A stretch of DNA of 64,000 bases from a candidate division FCPU426 bacterium (GTDB lineage Bacteria > Oederibacteriota > Muellerivitia > Muellerivitales > Muellerivitaceae): positions 1 through 64,000 of the forward strand of contig CAWCKJ010000011.1 of assembly GCA_963796105.1 (NCBI GenBank), read 5' to 3'. This document shows, one piece after another, positions 20,524 to 33,200 of this stretch. The notes under the pieces were generated by a model. It had not been told where the DNA came from and did not search any database. It saw nothing but the letters and a program-made list of their open reading frames with translations. Every line of letters begins with the position of its first letter. Positions within the stretch are counted from its first letter, which is position 1. A program made the position numbers and the translations under genes.

Positions 20524-23500
20524 TCACCTAATAAAAATGACTCTCTTGGTTTTGCGATCCATGGGTTCAGTGAGGTAGAAGAGGTAAACCCCGCTGGCGC
20601 AGGTATCCCCGTACTTGTTCGTCCCGTCCCAGTAATAGCTTTTCTCGTATGGCGCCTCCAGGAACCGGCTGTCCAGCGTCTTGATGTGCTCCCCCGCCGA
20701 GTTGTAAATGTTCAGCTCAAATGGGCCCGGATATTGGGTCGTTCCCACAAAGATGGATACCGGGTCTCCCCCTCCCTTGAACACATTCTTCGTCACCGTG
20801 AAGTAATCCACCGTCGGCGTCCAAGTCGGCACTTGCGTGACAGAGGATGTCGCCGTGGGCGTGGGAGTGACCGTGGGAGTGGATGTCCAGGTAGGAGTAT
20901 CGGTGATCGTCGCCGTCGGAGTGCTCGTAGATGTGAGGGTGGATGTGGCTGTCGGGGTTGATGTGAAAGTAAAGGTATTGGTGGGAGTTTTAGTCGATGT
21001 CGGCGTAGGCGTGTCCGTCGGGGTGTTGGTGGAGGTAGCCGTGTTGGTAGAAGTCCAGGTATTGGTGGGGGTAAAGGTGGATGTCGAAGTATAGGTCTGC
21101 GTGGGACTGTTCGTATCTGTCGGGGTATTAGTGGAAGTGTAAGTATTTGTAGGTGTGTTGGTGTTAGTCGCAGTGTTCGTGTCTGTAGGGGTGTTAGTGG
21201 ATGTGGGGGTAAAGGTCTGCGTCGGCGTGTTGGTAGGGGTTGATGTGTCTGTGGCCGTAAAGGTGGAGGTCGAAGTATAAGTCTGCGTAGGACTGTTCGT
21301 ATCTGTCGGGGTATGGGTGGCCGTATATGTGTAGGTTTGCGTCGGGGTAGAAGTCGGCGTGGGTGAAAGGGTATCGGTCGGTGTGGAAGTCGGCGTATAA
21401 GTGAAAACGGGCGTTTCGGTGGACGTGTCAGTGGATGTAGGAGTCGGGGTCAGGGTTGGCGTAGGAGTCGATGTCGACGTTGGAGTGTCCGTAGGCGTGA
21501 AGGTAGCGGTGTCGGTGGAAGTGTCAGTGGGTGTAGAGGTAGAAGTCGGGGTGTAGCTGAATGTCGAAGTGAACATGGGAGTGTAGGTCCAGGTTGATGT
21601 CGGGGTTGGGGTATCAGTCATTGTCGGTGTCAGGGTGTAACTCGCTGTATCAGTAGAAGTGGCAGTTGGGGTAGCGGTAGGGGTGGAAGTATTAGTCGGG
21701 GTAGACGTGGAAGTCGGTGTATTCGTGGAAGTAGGCGTAGCCGTAAATGTGGGCGTATTGGTTGGGGTATTAGTGGGTGATTGGGTTCCTGTCGGGCTAG
21801 AAGTCGGGGTCGGCGTGACGGTGGGTGTATTCGTGGGAGTCGGGGTGGGTGTTGATGTAGAGGTGCTGGTAGCTGTCGGAGTAGGCGTCCTCGTCGGGGT
21901 ACTGGTGGGAGTAAATGTCGACGTCGCAGTTGGGGTGGAGGTGGGCGTTGCCGTCGGGGTTGAAGTCGGGGTGTTTGTGGGAGTGTTGCTGGGCGTGAAT
22001 GTAGGGGTCGCAGTCGGGGTATTCGTGGGGGTAGGTGTTGAGGTTTTGGTGGGGGTAATGGTCGGAGTGTTCGTGGGTGACTGGGTCCCAGTTGGGCTGT
22101 TCGTAGGAGTCGGGGTAATCGTGGGTGTAGGTGTCGATGTCGCCGTGGGGGTTGATGTGGAGGTATTGGTAGCTGTTGGAGTAGGCGTCCTCGTCGGGGT
22201 ACTAGTTGACGTATAGGTTGGCGTTGATGTTGAGGTATTAGTGGGAGTCGCTGTCGGAGTCATCGTGGAAGTGTTCGTAGAGGTGGGAGTAGGTGTTCTC
22301 GTCGGGGTAGATGTAGGCGTGGGTGTGGGGGTTTGTGTCGGCGTATTGGTGGATGTTGGGGTAGGGGTCACAGTCGGGGTATTCGTGGGGGTAGGTGTTG
22401 AGGTTTTGGTAGGGGTAATGGTCGGAGTGTTCGTGGGTGACTGGGTCCCAGTCGGGCTGTTCGTAGGAGTCGGAGTAATAGTAGGCGTAGGAGTCGATGT
22501 CGGGGTAGGGGTGGTGGTGGGCGTATAAGTCCTGGTAGGGGTAGGCGTGGAAGTTGAGGTATTGGTGGGAGTCGATGTCGGTGTCAGGGTGGGTGTTGAG
22601 GTTAGCGTAGGGGTGGGGGTCCTGGTGGGCGTATTAGTTGGAGTAGCCGAATGTGTTGAGGTCGATGTGGAAGTAGGTGTCGCTGTTGGGGTCAGAGTAG
22701 GGGTGTTAGTCGGCGTTGGGGTTGGGGTCCTGGTCGGGGTGGAAGTCGGCGTGGGAGTCGGCGTGGAAGTCAGTGTCATGGTGGGTGTTGGGGTAGGAGT
22801 GGACGTGGGCGTCAAAGTGGGGGTGGGGGTTGCGGTGGGAGTAGGGGTCCTCGTTGGGGTGGAAGTCGGAGTAGAAGTCGGTGTGACTGTCGGAGTATTG
22901 GTGGGTGTTGGAGTGGGTGTCCTGGTCGGGGTAATGGTAGGTGTATTCGTCGGCGACTGAGTCCCTGTTGGGCTTGGGGTGGGAGTGGGAGTAATCGTAG
23001 GGGTGGAAGTATTAGTCGGAGTGGGCGTCGTAGTCGGCGTTCTGGTTGGGGTGCTTGTCGGAGTAGGCGTGGGAGTCATAGTGGGGGTTGGGGTGGGCGT
23101 CCTGGTGGGGGTGGATGTCGGGCTATTCGTGGGTGTAAGGGTAGGGCTATTGGTGGGTGTGGAAGTCGGCGTTGTGGTCGGAGTGGGGGTAGGCGTACGG
23201 GTGGGAGTGGGGGTTAAAGTATTGGTTGGTGTGGAAGTAGGGGTTGTCGTCGGGGTGGGAGTAGGCGTGTTCGTGCTGGTGGGAGTGGGGGTCCTGGTTG
23301 GGCTGGATGTGGGGCTATTGGTGGGTGTGGAAGTGGGGGTAGGAGTTGGGGTTCTTGTCGGCGTATTCGTGGGGGTGGTCGTGGGGGTAGGTGTTGGTGA
23401 ATTCGTCATGGTATTGGTGGGTGAATTGGTTGGAGTGGGGGTCGGGGTACGGGTGGGAGAAGGAGTGGGGGTGCTGGTTGGAGTCAAAGTGGGGGTATTG

Positions 23501-25173
23501 GTGGGCGTGGGGGTGGGTGTCCTAGTTGGGGTGGGGGTGGGGCTATTGGTAGGCGTTGCCGTCTGGGTATTAGTGGGACTGTTAGTGGGGGTATTGGTAC
23601 GGGTAGGGCTAGGTGTCGGCGAGACGGTGGGGGTAGGTGTTGGAGTTGGTGTTGACGTCCTGGTGGGTGTTGGCGTTGGGGTCACTGTGGGGGTGGGGGT
23701 AGGAGAAACCGTATTCGTTGGGCTGGGAGTGGGGGTCCTCGTGGGCGAATTCGTGGGAGTGGGTGTTTGGGTAGGGGTCGGGGTATTCGTACGGGTGGGG
23801 GTTAAAGTGGGTGTGGACGTAAATGTATAGGTGTAAGTATAGGTGGAGGTGCGTGTGAAGGTCGGTGTCATCGCGACCGTCGGGGTGTAGGTATAAGTGA
23901 ATGTCGGTGTAAAAGTCGGGGTCGTCTTGGTCGGAGTATACGTAAACGTATAGGTGTAGGTTGGGGTGTTGGTGTAAGACGGGGTATACGTAAATGTCCG
24001 TGTGGGGGTATAAGTTGATGTAGCGCAGGCGACTAATGCGGTTACACTATTGGAAGTCACCGGAGTCGCACCGGTAGCGCTAACCACGGCATTGTTCAAG
24101 GATTGACAGGGATCGGCGGCGGTGTTGCTGGTGTACACCATGAGTGTTACCGCGTTGCAAAACCCGTTTGCCTGATAGCCGGTCGGATAAACCCAGGTAA
24201 AACCAGAAGAACTTGAATGGTCGTTAAGAAAATTTGGTCCGTAGGGATATAGGGAATACTGGGAGTAATCCGTGATGGGTTGATCCTTGTAAAGGTCCAA
24301 AGCAGTGTAATGATCCGTCAAAAATCCGTAGGACGCGAAAAGGTTGTCCGTCACTGTCACGGGATTGTTCTCAGGGCCTCCCGTATTGCAGACATTCACA
24401 ACATATGTGACATCCTGCCAATCCGTAACCGCTGTGGAAGGGCCCAGGAGAGACTTGGCGATCGTGAACTTGGGCGCCGCGGGGGGCGTCACAGCGGTTA
24501 AAGTGAAGGTTTGCCGAAGGTAAAGGACTTCGGTAGCCGGGGCCGATCCGTCGCCAGCCCCAGCGTCGTAGGAGATGGGGGTCAACCAAGCGCCGGTCTG
24601 GGGATCCCTCGCCTGTTTGTCCCAAATGCTGGATACCCCTGTATCCGCTACCGCGGCGCTCCATCCGTTCCCAGATGTGGCATTCGCGTAATTGGCGCCC
24701 CACCACGTGACACCACTTCCATCGTTAGCGGGGGGAGGACCTGGTATGCCGCCATTGCCCGGAAGAACGGTGGTCACCATGACATTGCCGCTCGAACTAG
24801 TGAGATAAGAATGGTTCCCGTTCGAACAGGTGATATCCAATGACCATGTTTCCCAAACATAACCCGGGGTCGTGTTGTAATCCGCAACGGCGATGACGTT
24901 GGTCCCTGTGACAAAGTCGCTACCAGGCACAGTCACGCAAGGAGGGTTACCCGCGCTGGTGTAATAGATGCCCCCGAAAGTTGTAGGTTCAGATATGGCG
25001 TTGCCGTTAATCCACACATAAGAAGCGTCGTCATCCCCAATGCACAGAGTCGCGGAGGTAGGAGTACACTGTGCAAAAGACAAAGAGGGGATCATAAAAA
25101 TCGCCAGAAACACTAACCCCATAAACATCGCAATGGATTTGCCCCATACGTTTATCGTCATGGTCTCTTTCAC
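20524..25173 (-). CDS. Mucin-like secreted protein C (1549 aa)
   Basis: Signal peptide ending SFA-Q; head [23 protein letters not shown]-x stalk; conserved tail. Confidence 0.92.
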   Translation of the reverse strand: MKETMTINVWGKSIAMFMGLVFLAIFMIPSLSFAQCTPTSATLCIGDDDASYVWINGNAISEPTTFGGIYYTSAGNPPCVTVPGSDFVTGTNVIAVADYNTTPGYVWETWSLDITCSNGNHSYLTSSSGNVMVTTVLPGNGGIPGPPPANDGSGVTWWGANYANATSGNGWSAAVADTGVSSIWDKQARDPQTGAWLTPISYDAGAGDGSAPATEVLYLRQTFTLTAVTPPAAPKFTIAKSLLGPSTAVTDWQDVTYVVNVCNTGGPENNPVTVTDNLFASYGFLTDHYTALDLYKDQPITDYSQYSLYPYGPNFLNDHSSSSGFTWVYPTGYQANGFCNAVTLMVYTSNTAADPCQSLNNAVVSATGATPVTSNSVTALVACATSTYTPTRTFTYTPSYTNTPTYTYTFTYTPTKTTPTFTPTFTYTYTPTVAMTPTFTRTSTYTYTYTFTSTPTLTPTRTNTPTPTQTPTPTNSPTRTPTPSPTNTVSPTPTPTVTPTPTPTRTSTPTPTPTPTVSPTPSPTRTNTPTNSPTNTQTATPTNSPTPTPTRTPTPTPTNTPTLTPTSTPTPSPTRTPTPTPTNSPTNTMTNSPTPTPTTTPTNTPTRTPTPTPTSTPTNSPTSSPTRTPTPTSTNTPTPTPTTTPTSTPTNTLTPTPTRTPTPTPTTTPTSTPTNSPTLTPTNSPTSTPTRTPTPTPTMTPTPTPTSTPTRTPTTTPTPTNTSTPTITPTPTPSPTGTQSPTNTPTITPTRTPTPTPTNTPTVTPTSTPTSTPTRTPTPTATPTPTLTPTSTPTPTPTMTLTSTPTPTPTSTPTRTPTPTPTNTPTLTPTATPTSTSTSTHSATPTNTPTRTPTPTLTSTPTLTPTSTPTNTSTSTPTPTRTYTPTTTPTPTSTPTPTITPTPTNSPTGTQSPTNTPTITPTKTSTPTPTNTPTVTPTPTSTNTPTQTPTPTPTSTPTRTPTPTSTNTSTMTPTATPTNTSTSTPTYTSTSTPTRTPTPTATNTSTSTPTATSTPTPTITPTPTNSPTGTQSPTNTPTITPTKTSTPTPTNTPTATPTFTPSNTPTNTPTSTPTATPTSTPTATSTFTPTSTPTRTPTPTATSTSTSTPTPTPTNTPTVTPTPTSSPTGTQSPTNTPTNTPTFTATPTSTNTPTSTSTPTNTSTPTATPTATSTDTASYTLTPTMTDTPTPTSTWTYTPMFTSTFSYTPTSTSTPTDTSTDTATFTPTDTPTSTSTPTPTLTPTPTSTDTSTETPVFTYTPTSTPTDTLSPTPTSTPTQTYTYTATHTPTDTNSPTQTYTSTSTFTATDTSTPTNTPTQTFTPTSTNTPTDTNTATNTNTPTNTYTSTNTPTDTNSPTQTYTSTSTFTPTNTWTSTNTATSTNTPTDTPTPTSTKTPTNTFTFTSTPTATSTLTSTSTPTATITDTPTWTSTPTVTPTPTATSSVTQVPTWTPTVDYFTVTKNVFKGGGDPVSIFVGTTQYPGPFELNIYNSAGEHIKTLDSRFLEAPYEKSYYWDGTNKYGDTCASGVYLFYLTEPMDRKTKRVIFIR

Positions 25174-25208
25174 GCTTCAAATCCGTATTCAAGATTAATG
25201 TCCGATTT

Positions 25209-28088
25209 TCACCTAATAAAAATGACTCTTTTGGTTTTGCGGTCCATGGGTTCAGTGAGGTAGAAGAGGTAAACCCCGCTGGCGCAAGTGTCCCCGTACT
25301 TGTTCGTCCCGTCCCAGTAGTAGCTTCCATTGTATGGAGCCTCCAGGAATCGGCTGTCCAGCGTCTTGATGTGCTCCCCCGCCGAGTTGTACACGTTCAG
25401 CTCAAATGGACCCGGATATTGGGTCGTTCCCACAAATATTGACACCGGATCTCCCCCTCCCTTGAACACATTCTTCGTCACCGTGAAGTAATCCACCGTC
25501 GGTGTCCAAGTCGGCACCTGCGTGACGGAGGATGTCGCGGTGGGTGTGGGAGTGACCGTGGGAGTGGATGTCCAGGCAGGAGTATCGGTGATCGTCGGTG
25601 TCGGAGTGGGAGTAGAGGTGAGGGTGGATGTGGCTGTCGGGGTTGAGGTTGAGGTGAAGGTATTGGTTGGTGTTTTGGTGAATGTCAGTGTAGCCGTGTC
25701 CGTCGGGGTGTTGGTGGGGGTGGCTGTGTTGGTGGAAGTCCAGGTATTCGTGGGGGTAAAGGTGGAGGTTGAAGTGTTGGTTTGGGTGGGGCTGTAGGTG
25801 GCAGTTGGAGTATTCGTGGAAGTGTAAGTATTGGTAGGTGTGTTGGTGTCAGTCGGAGTGTTCGTGTCTGTGGGGGTGTTAGTTGAGGTGGGGGTAAAGG
25901 TCTGCGTCGGCGTGTTGGTAGGAGTTGATGTGTTTGTGGCCGTATAGGTGGATGTCGAAGTATAGGTCTGTGTGGGACTGTTCGTAGCTGTCGGAGTATT
26001 GGTGGATGTGGGCGTAAAGGTCGGCGTAGGAGTATCAGTCGCCGTGTAAGTCTCTGTCGGAGTGAAAGTCGGCGTGGGCGAAAGGGTATCTGTCGGCGTT
26101 GGAGTCGGCGTATAGGTGAATACGGGCGTTTCGGTGGACGTGGAAGTCGAGGTAGAAGTCGGGGTCATCGTCGACGTAGGTGTCCATGTCGGGGTTGGAG
26201 TGTTTGTGGAAGTAAAGGTAGCGGTGTCAGTGGAAGTGTCGGTGGGTGTGAATGTAGGAGTTGGGGTGTAGGACGGCGTACTCGTGTCAGTGGCTGTCGG
26301 CGTGGAAGTATTAGTCGCGGTGGATGTGGAAGTCGAGGTATTGGTGGAAGTAGGCGTGGCCGTAAAAGTGGGCGTATTGGTCGGGGTATTGGTGGGTGAT
26401 TGGGTTCCCGTCGGGCTGGAAGTCGGAGTCGGCGTGACAGTGGGCGTACTCGTGAATGTCGGGGTGGGTGTTGAAGTGGGGGTGCTGGTAGGAGTCGGGG
26501 TGTAGGACGGCGTGCTCGTGGCAGTGGCTGTCGGCGTGGACGTCGGGGTGGAAGTATTAGTCGCGGTGGACGTGGAAGTCGGTGTATTCGTGGAAGTAGG
26601 AGTAGCCGTAAATGTGGGCGTATTGGTCGGGGTGTTGGTGGGTGATTGGGTTCCTGTCGGGCTGGATGTCGGGGTCGGCGTGATGGTAGGTGTATTCGTA
26701 GATGTCGGAGTGGGTGTTGAGGTGGGGGTGCTGGTAGCTGTCGGAGTAGGCGTCCTCGTCGGGGTACTGGTGGGAGTAAATGTTGACGTCGCAGTCGAGG
26801 TGTAGGTGGGCGTTGCCGTTGGGGTTGAAGTGGATGTGTTTGTCGGGGTGTTGCTGGGCGTGAATGTAAGGGTCGCAGTCGGGGTATTTGTGGGGGTAGG
26901 TGTTGGGGTTTTGGTGGGGGTAATGGTCGGAGTGTTCGTGGGTGACTGGGTCCCCGTCGGGCTGTTCGTGGGAGTCGGGGTAATCGTGGGTGTAGGTGTC
27001 GATGTCGCCGTGGGGGTTGATGTGGAGGTATTGGTAGCTGTTGGGGTAGGCGTCCTCGTCGGGGTAGTAGTTGACGTATAGGTTGGCGTTGATGTTGAGG
27101 TATTAGTGGGAGTCGCTGTCGGAGTCATCGTGGAAGTGTTCGTAGGGGTGGGGGTAGGTGTTCTCGTCGGGGTAGATGTAGGCGTGGATGTTGGGGTAGG
27201 GGTCACAGTCGGAGTATTCGTGGGGGTAGGTGTTGAGGTTTTGGTAGGGGTAATGGTCGGAGTGTTCGTGGGTGACTGGGTCCCAGTCGGGCTGTTCGTA
27301 GGAGTCGGAGTAATAGTAGGCGTAGGAGTCGACGTCGGGGTAGGCGTGGTGGTGGGTGTATAAGTCCTGGTAGGGGTAGGTGTGGAAGTCGAGGTATTGG
27401 TGGGAGTCGATGTCGGTGTCAGGGTAGGTGTTGAGGTTGGCGTAGGGGTGGGGGTCCTGGTAGGGGTAGAAGTCGAAGTAGCAGAAGGCGTTGAAGTCGA
27501 GGTATTGGTAGGTGTCGCTGTTGGAGTCATAGTAGGGGTGTTCGTCGGCGTTGGGCTTGGGGTCCTCGTCGGGGTGGAAGTCGGCGTGGAAGTCAGTGTC
27601 AGGGTGGGTGTTGGGGTAGGAGTGGACGTGGGCGTCATAGTGGGGGTGGGGGTTGCGGTGGGAGAAGGGGTCCTGGTTGGAGTGGGAGTCGGTGTGACTG
27701 TCGGAGTATTGGTGGGGGTTGGAGTAGGTGTCTTGGTCGGGGTAATGGTAGGTGTATTCGTCGGCGACTGAGTCCCCGTCGGGCTTGGGGTTGGAGTGGG
27801 AGTAATCGTAGGGGTGGAAGTATTAGTCGGCGTGGGCGTCGTAGTCGGCGTTCTGGTTGGGGTGCTTGTCGGAGTAGGCGTGGGAGTCATAGTGGGTGTT
27901 GGGCTGGGCGTAGATGTTGGCGTATTGGTTGGGGTTGGGGTGGGCGTCCTGGTGGGGGTGAAAGTAGGGCTCGGAGTAGGAGTGGTCGTGGGAGTTGGGG
28001 TCGGCGTATTCGTGGTAGTCGGGGTGGGTGTCCTCGTCGGGGTAGCAGTAGAGGTGGTTGTTGGTGTTGGCGTGGGGGTGGAAGTGGG
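25209..28088. repeat. About 2.9-kb near-identical direct repeat, copy 2 (copy 1 at 5386-8265)
   Basis: Visual alignment with 5386-8265. Confidence 0.9.
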
Positions 28089-30152
28089 GGTGTTGGTAGG
28101 GGTTGGACTAGGGGTTGGAGTAGGCGTCCTGCTCGGGGTGGATGTCGGGCTATTCGTGGGTGTAAGGGTAGGGCTATTGGTGGGCGTGGAAGTAGGAGTT
28201 GTCGTCGGAGTGGGGGTAGGCGTACGGGTGGGAGTGGGGGTTAAAGTATTGGTTGGCGTAGGAGTAGGGGTTGTCGTCGGGGTGGGAGTAGGCGTATTCG
28301 TGCTGGTGGGAGTGGGGGTCCTGGTTGAGCTGGATGTGGGGCTATTGGTGGAGGTTGGGGTAGGGGTGGGTGTGGAAGTGGGGGTAGGAGTTAGGGTTCT
28401 TGTCGGCGTATTCGTGGGGGTGGTTGTGGGGGTAGGTGTTGGTGAATTCGTCATGGTATTGGTGGGTGAATTGGTTGGAGTGGGGGTCGGGGTACGGGTG
28501 GGAGAAGGAGTGGGGGTGCTGGTTGGAGTCAAAGTGGGGGTATTGGTGGGTGTGGGGGTGGGTGTCCTAGTTGGGGTGGATGTGGGGCTATTGGTAGGCG
28601 TTGCCGTCTGGGTATTAGTGGGACTGTTAGTGGGGGTGTTGGTACGGCTAGGGCTAGGTGTCGGCGAGACGGTGGGGGTAGCTGTTGGAGTTGGTGTTGA
28701 TGTCCTGGTGGGTGTTGGAGTTGGGGTCACTGTGGGGGTGGGGGTAGGAGAAACCGTATTCGTTGGGCTGGGAGTGGGGGTCCTCGTGGGCGAATTCGTG
28801 GGAGTGGGTGTTTGGGTAGAGGTCGGGGTATTCGTACGGGTGGGGGTTAAAGTGGGTGTGGACGTAAATGTATAGGTGTAAGTATAGGTGGAGGTGCGTG
28901 TGAAGGTCGGTGTCATCGCGACCGTCGGGGTGTAGGTATAAGTGTATGTCGGTGTAAAAGTCGGGGTCGTCTTGGTCGGAGTATACGTAAACGTATAGGT
29001 GTAGGTTGGGGTAGCAGTGTAGGTTCGAGTGGGGGTGTAGGTGTAAGTGTAAGTCGGGGTAGCGGTGTTGCAAGCGATCGTTATGGGCGCGAGGGTCGTG
29101 TAATTCGTGGTGGTGATGGAAGAACCGTTATAGTAGTAGATGGTGGCTTTGTTGTAACGGACGTCGCAGCTGTAATTCCAACCTGAATAATCCTGCCAGG
29201 TTACGGCCTGGCAGGAATTCGCCGCAAATCCCAATGGATAAACAATAGAAAATGTTTGAGTCGAGTCGGCATTGGTGCAAACCGAGGCGGCGCCACTACA
29301 CCAGGGGTACCAGGGACCGGCTGGCGTAACTTCCCACATATAGCTAAAATCCCCCGTGAAATCCACAGGCGTAGTTTCCGTAAGGGTGACTGGCTCAAGT
29401 TCCGGGCCACCCGTATCACATACCGTCAAAATATAAGTGATATTAGCATTGTTCATGACGTTACTGTTGGGACTAGCGGTCTTGGAGACCGTAAAAGCTG
29501 GTGCAGCCGGAGGAGTAACCGGATTATTTAGAGTAAAGGTTTGTTGGAAATACTCCCAATCGCAATTCGGGTCATTAGCGTAAGCACTGCTATTGTAGGA
29601 AATAGGCGAAATAAGAGCGCCTGTTTGCGGATCCAGGATCTGTTTACCCCAAAGCGTCCCTGAAACGGTGGAAGCCACTGTCCATCCGGTCGGAACAAAA
29701 GTAGAAGAGTACCAATTGCCTCCCGTTCCCGGCGGTGCTGTTACTGCACAACTGGCGGGATCATTTTCATCGAATACCGAAACAGCGCTGGAAGTGTCGG
29801 TGACATAGACGTGTTGGCCGTTGGAGCAGGTGATATCCAATGACCAAGTGGCCCACATTTGTTGGGCCGCGGTGCTTTCATTCAATACCGAAATATAGTT
29901 GGTTCCAGAAGTATTCAGAAAGCTGGTACTGACAGTGTTACAGCTAATTGCCGCAGTATCATATGTACCCACGTATCCGAAAGTCCCGGCGTTATTGCCA
30001 TTGAGGTAAAGCGTAATCAGGTCATCCGCGTTGGCGCAAACCTTGGCGGCTGATGGTGTGCACTGCGCATTAGAAAGTGTAGGCGTCATCAGGAGGGAAA
30101 AAAACATCATTCCCGTCCACATGAACCTTTGAATTTTGTTATTCGCTTTCAT
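25209..30152 (-). CDS. Mucin-like secreted protein D (1647 aa)
   Basis: Signal peptide ending SNA-Q; head [23 protein letters not shown]-x stalk; conserved tail, YNGSYYWDG variant shared with A. Confidence 0.92.
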   Translation of the reverse strand: MKANNKIQRFMWTGMMFFSLLMTPTLSNAQCTPSAAKVCANADDLITLYLNGNNAGTFGYVGTYDTAAISCNTVSTSFLNTSGTNYISVLNESTAAQQMWATWSLDITCSNGQHVYVTDTSSAVSVFDENDPASCAVTAPPGTGGNWYSSTFVPTGWTVASTVSGTLWGKQILDPQTGALISPISYNSSAYANDPNCDWEYFQQTFTLNNPVTPPAAPAFTVSKTASPNSNVMNNANITYILTVCDTGGPELEPVTLTETTPVDFTGDFSYMWEVTPAGPWYPWCSGAASVCTNADSTQTFSIVYPLGFAANSCQAVTWQDYSGWNYSCDVRYNKATIYYYNGSSITTTNYTTLAPITIACNTATPTYTYTYTPTRTYTATPTYTYTFTYTPTKTTPTFTPTYTYTYTPTVAMTPTFTRTSTYTYTYTFTSTPTLTPTRTNTPTSTQTPTPTNSPTRTPTPSPTNTVSPTPTPTVTPTPTPTRTSTPTPTATPTVSPTPSPSRTNTPTNSPTNTQTATPTNSPTSTPTRTPTPTPTNTPTLTPTSTPTPSPTRTPTPTPTNSPTNTMTNSPTPTPTTTPTNTPTRTLTPTPTSTPTPTPTSTNSPTSSSTRTPTPTSTNTPTPTPTTTPTPTPTNTLTPTPTRTPTPTPTTTPTSTPTNSPTLTPTNSPTSTPSRTPTPTPSPTPTNTPTSTPTPTPTTTSTATPTRTPTPTTTNTPTPTPTTTPTPSPTFTPTRTPTPTPTNTPTSTPSPTPTMTPTPTPTSTPTRTPTTTPTPTNTSTPTITPTPTPSPTGTQSPTNTPTITPTKTPTPTPTNTPTVTPTPTPTRTPSPTATPTPTMTPTSTPTPTPTLTLTSTPTSTPTRTPSPTPTNTPTMTPTATPTNTSTSTPSATSTSTPTRTPTPTPTSTPTLTPTSTPTNTSTSTPTPTRTYTPTTTPTPTSTPTPTITPTPTNSPTGTQSPTNTPTITPTKTSTPTPTNTPTVTPTPTSTPTSTPTRTPTPTPTNTSTMTPTATPTNTSTSTPTYTSTTTPTRTPTPTATNTSTSTPTATSTPTPTITPTPTNSPTGTQSPTNTPTITPTKTPTPTPTNTPTATLTFTPSNTPTNTSTSTPTATPTYTSTATSTFTPTSTPTRTPTPTATSTPTSTPTPTSTNTPTITPTPTSSPTGTQSPTNTPTNTPTFTATPTSTNTPTSTSTATNTSTPTSTPTATATSTPSYTPTPTSTPTSTPTPTFTSTPTVTPTPTSSPTGTQSPTNTPTNTPTFTATPTSTNTSTSTSTATNTSTPTATDTSTPSYTPTPTFTPTDTSTDTATFTSTNTPTPTWTPTSTMTPTSTSTSTSTETPVFTYTPTPTPTDTLSPTPTFTPTETYTATDTPTPTFTPTSTNTPTATNSPTQTYTSTSTYTATNTSTPTNTPTQTFTPTSTNTPTDTNTPTDTNTPTNTYTSTNTPTATYSPTQTNTSTSTFTPTNTWTSTNTATPTNTPTDTATLTFTKTPTNTFTSTSTPTATSTLTSTPTPTPTITDTPAWTSTPTVTPTPTATSSVTQVPTWTPTVDYFTVTKNVFKGGGDPVSIFVGTTQYPGPFELNVYNSAGEHIKTLDSRFLEAPYNGSYYWDGTNKYGDTCASGVYLFYLTEPMDRKTKRVIFIR

Positions 30153-30206
30153 TTTTCGCGTTTCCCTTCAATTTTTCATTTCCCCGCTGTTTCCCTTTAA
30201 CTTCAC

Positions 30207-33200
30207 TCACCTAATAAAAATGACTCTTTTAGTTTTGCGGTCCATGGGTTCAGTGAGGTAGAAGAGGTAAACCCCGCTAGCACAGGTGTCCCCGTACTTG
30301 TTCGTCCCGTCCCAGTAGTAGCTTTTCTCGTATGGCGCCTCCAGGAACCGGCTGTCCAGCGTCTTGATGTGCTCCCCCGCCGAGTTGTAAATGTTCAGCT
30401 CAAATGGACCCGGATATTGGGTCGTTCCCACAAAGATGGATACCGGGTCTCCCCCTCCCTTGAACACATTCTTCGTCACCGTGAAGTAATCCACCGTCGG
30501 CGTCCAAGTCGGCACCTGCGTGACGGATGATGTCGCCGTGGGCGTGGGAGTGACCGTGGGAGTGGATGTCCAGGTAAGAGTATCGGTGATTGTCGCCGTC
30601 GGAGTAGGAGTAGAGGTGAGAGTAGATGTGGCTGTCGGGGTTGAGGTTGAAGTGAAGGTATTAGTTGGGGTTTTAGTGGTTGTCGGTGTAGCTGTGTCCG
30701 TCGGGGTGTTGGTAGAGGTAGCCGTGTTGGTAGAAGTCCAGGTATTGGTGGGGGTAAAGGTGGATGTCGAAGTATAGGTCTGCGTGGGACTGTTCGTATC
30801 TGTCGGGGTATTAGTGGAAGTGTAAGTATTTGTAGGTGTGTTGGTGTTAGTCGCAGTGTTCGTGTCTGTAGGGGTGTTAGTGGATGTGGGGGTAAAGGTC
30901 TGCGTCGGCGTGTTGGTAGGGGTTGATGTGTCTGTGGCCGTAAAGGTGGAGGTCGAAGTATAAGTCTGCGTAGGACTGTTCGTATCTGTCGGGGTATGGG
31001 TGGCCGTATATGTGTAGGTTTGCGTCGGAGTGTCAGTCGCCGTGTAAGTCTCTGTCGGGGTGGAAGTCGGCGTGGGTGAAAGGGTATCGGTCGGCGTGGA
31101 AGTCGGCGTATAAGTGAAAACGGGCGTTTCGGTGGACGTGTCAGTGGATGTAGGAGTCGGGGTCAGGGTTGGCGTAGGAGTCGATGTCGGGGTTGGAGTG
31201 TTTGTGGAAGTAAAGGTAGCGGTGTCAGTGGAAGTGTCGGTGGGTGTGAATGTAGGAGTTGGGGTGTAGGACGGCGTACTCGTGTCAGTGGCTGTCGGCG
31301 TGGAAGTATTAGTCGCGGTGGATGTGGAAGTCGAGGTATTGGTGGAAGTAGGCGTGGCCGTAAAAGTGGGCGTATTGGTCGGGGTATTGGTGGGTGATTG
31401 GGTTCCCGTCGGGCTGGAAGTCGGAGTCGGCGTGACAGTGGGCGTACTCGTGAATGTCGGGGTGGGTGTTGAAGTGGGGGTGCTGGTAGGAGTCGGGGTG
31501 TAGGACGGCGTGCTCGTGGCAGTGGCTGTCGGCGTGGACGTCGGGGTGGAAGTATTAGTCGCGGTGGACGTGGAAGTCGGTGTATTCGTGGAAGTAGGAG
31601 TAGCCGTAAATGTGGGCGTATTGGTCGGGGTGTTGGTGGGTGATTGGGTTCCTGTCGGGCTAGAAGTCGGGGTCGGCGTGACGGTGGGTGTATTCGTGGG
31701 AGTCGGGGTGGGTGTTGATGTAGAGGTGCTGGTAGCTGTCGGAGTTGGCGTCCTCGTCGGGGTACTGGTGGGGGTAAATGTTGACGTCGCAGTCGGGGTG
31801 TAGGTGGGCGTTGCCGTCGGGGTTGAAGTGGATGTGTTTGTCGGGGTGTTGCTGGGCGTGAATGTAGGGGTCGCAGTCGGGGTATTCGTGGGGGTAGGTG
31901 TTGGGGTTTTGGTGGGGGTAATGGTCGGAGTGTTCGTGGGTGACTGCGTCCCAGTCGGGCTGTTCGTGGGGGTAGGGGTAATCGTGGGTGTAGGAGTCGA
32001 TGTCGCCGTGGGGGTTGATGTAGAGGTATTGGTAGCTGTTGGGGTAGGCGTCCTCGTCGGGGTACTAGTTGACGTATAGGTTGGCGTTGATGTTGAGGTA
32101 TTAGTGGGAGTCGCTGTCGGAGTCATCGTGGAAGTGTTCGTAGGGGTGGGGGTAGGTGTTCTGGTTGGGGTAGATGTAGACGTGGGCGTGGGGGTTTGAG
32201 TCGGCGTATTGGTGGGTGTTGGGGTAGGGGTCACAGTCGGGGTATTCGTGGGGGTAGGGGTTGAGGTTTTGGTAGGGGTAATGGTAGGTGTATTCGTGGG
32301 TGACTGGGTCCCAGTCGGGCTGTTCGTAGGAGTCGGAGTAATAGTAGGCGTAGGAGTCGACGTCGGGGTAGGCGTGGTGGTGGGCGTATAAGTCCTGGTA
32401 GGAGTAGGTGTGGAAGTTGAGGTATTGGTGGGAGTTGATGTCGGGGTCAGGGTAGGTGTTGAGGTTAGCGTAGGGGTGGGGGTCCTGGTGGGCGTATTAG
32501 TTGGAGTAGCCGAAGGTGTTGAGGTTGATGTGGAAGTAGGTGTCGCTGTTGGGGTCAGAGTAGGAGTGGAAGTCGGCGTTGGGGTTGGGGTCCTAGTCGG
32601 GGTGGAAGTCGGCGTGGGAGTTGGTGTCAGGGTGGGTGTTGGGGTGGGAGTAGACGTGGGCGTCAAAGTGGGGGTGGGGGTTGCGGTGGGAGTCGGAGTC
32701 CTCGTTGGGGTGGAAGTCGGAGTGGACGTCGGTGTGACTGTCGGAGTATTGGTGGGTGTTGGAGTAGGTGTCCTGGTCGGGGTAATGGTAGGTGTATTTG
32801 TTGGCGACTGAGTCCCTGTTGGGCTTGGGGTGGGAGTGGGAGTAATCGTAGGGGTGGAAGTATTAGTCGGCGTGGGCGTCGTAGTTGGCGTTCTGGTCGG
32901 GGTGCTTGTCGGAGTAGGCGTGGGAGTCATAGTGGGTGTTGGGCTGGGGGTAGACGTTGGCGTATTCGTGGGGGTTGGGGTAGGCGTCCTGGTGGGGGTG
33001 GCAGTAGGGCTCGGAGTCGGTGTGGTTGTGGGAGTTGGGGTAGGCGTACGGGTGGGAGTGGGGGTTAAAGTATTGGTTGGTGTGGGAGTAGGGGTTGTCG
33101 TCGGGGTGGGAGTGGGGGTGTTGGTAGGGGTTGGACTAGGGGTTGGAGTAGGCGTCCTGGTGGGGGTGGATGTCGGGCTATTCGTGGGTGTAAGGGTAGG

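Noticed and set aside
25031..25330. 99-aa minus-strand ORF bridging genes D and C, a possible frameshift or readthrough product
   Set aside because: An off-frame overlap of D's tail and C's start; no slippery site or other support seen.
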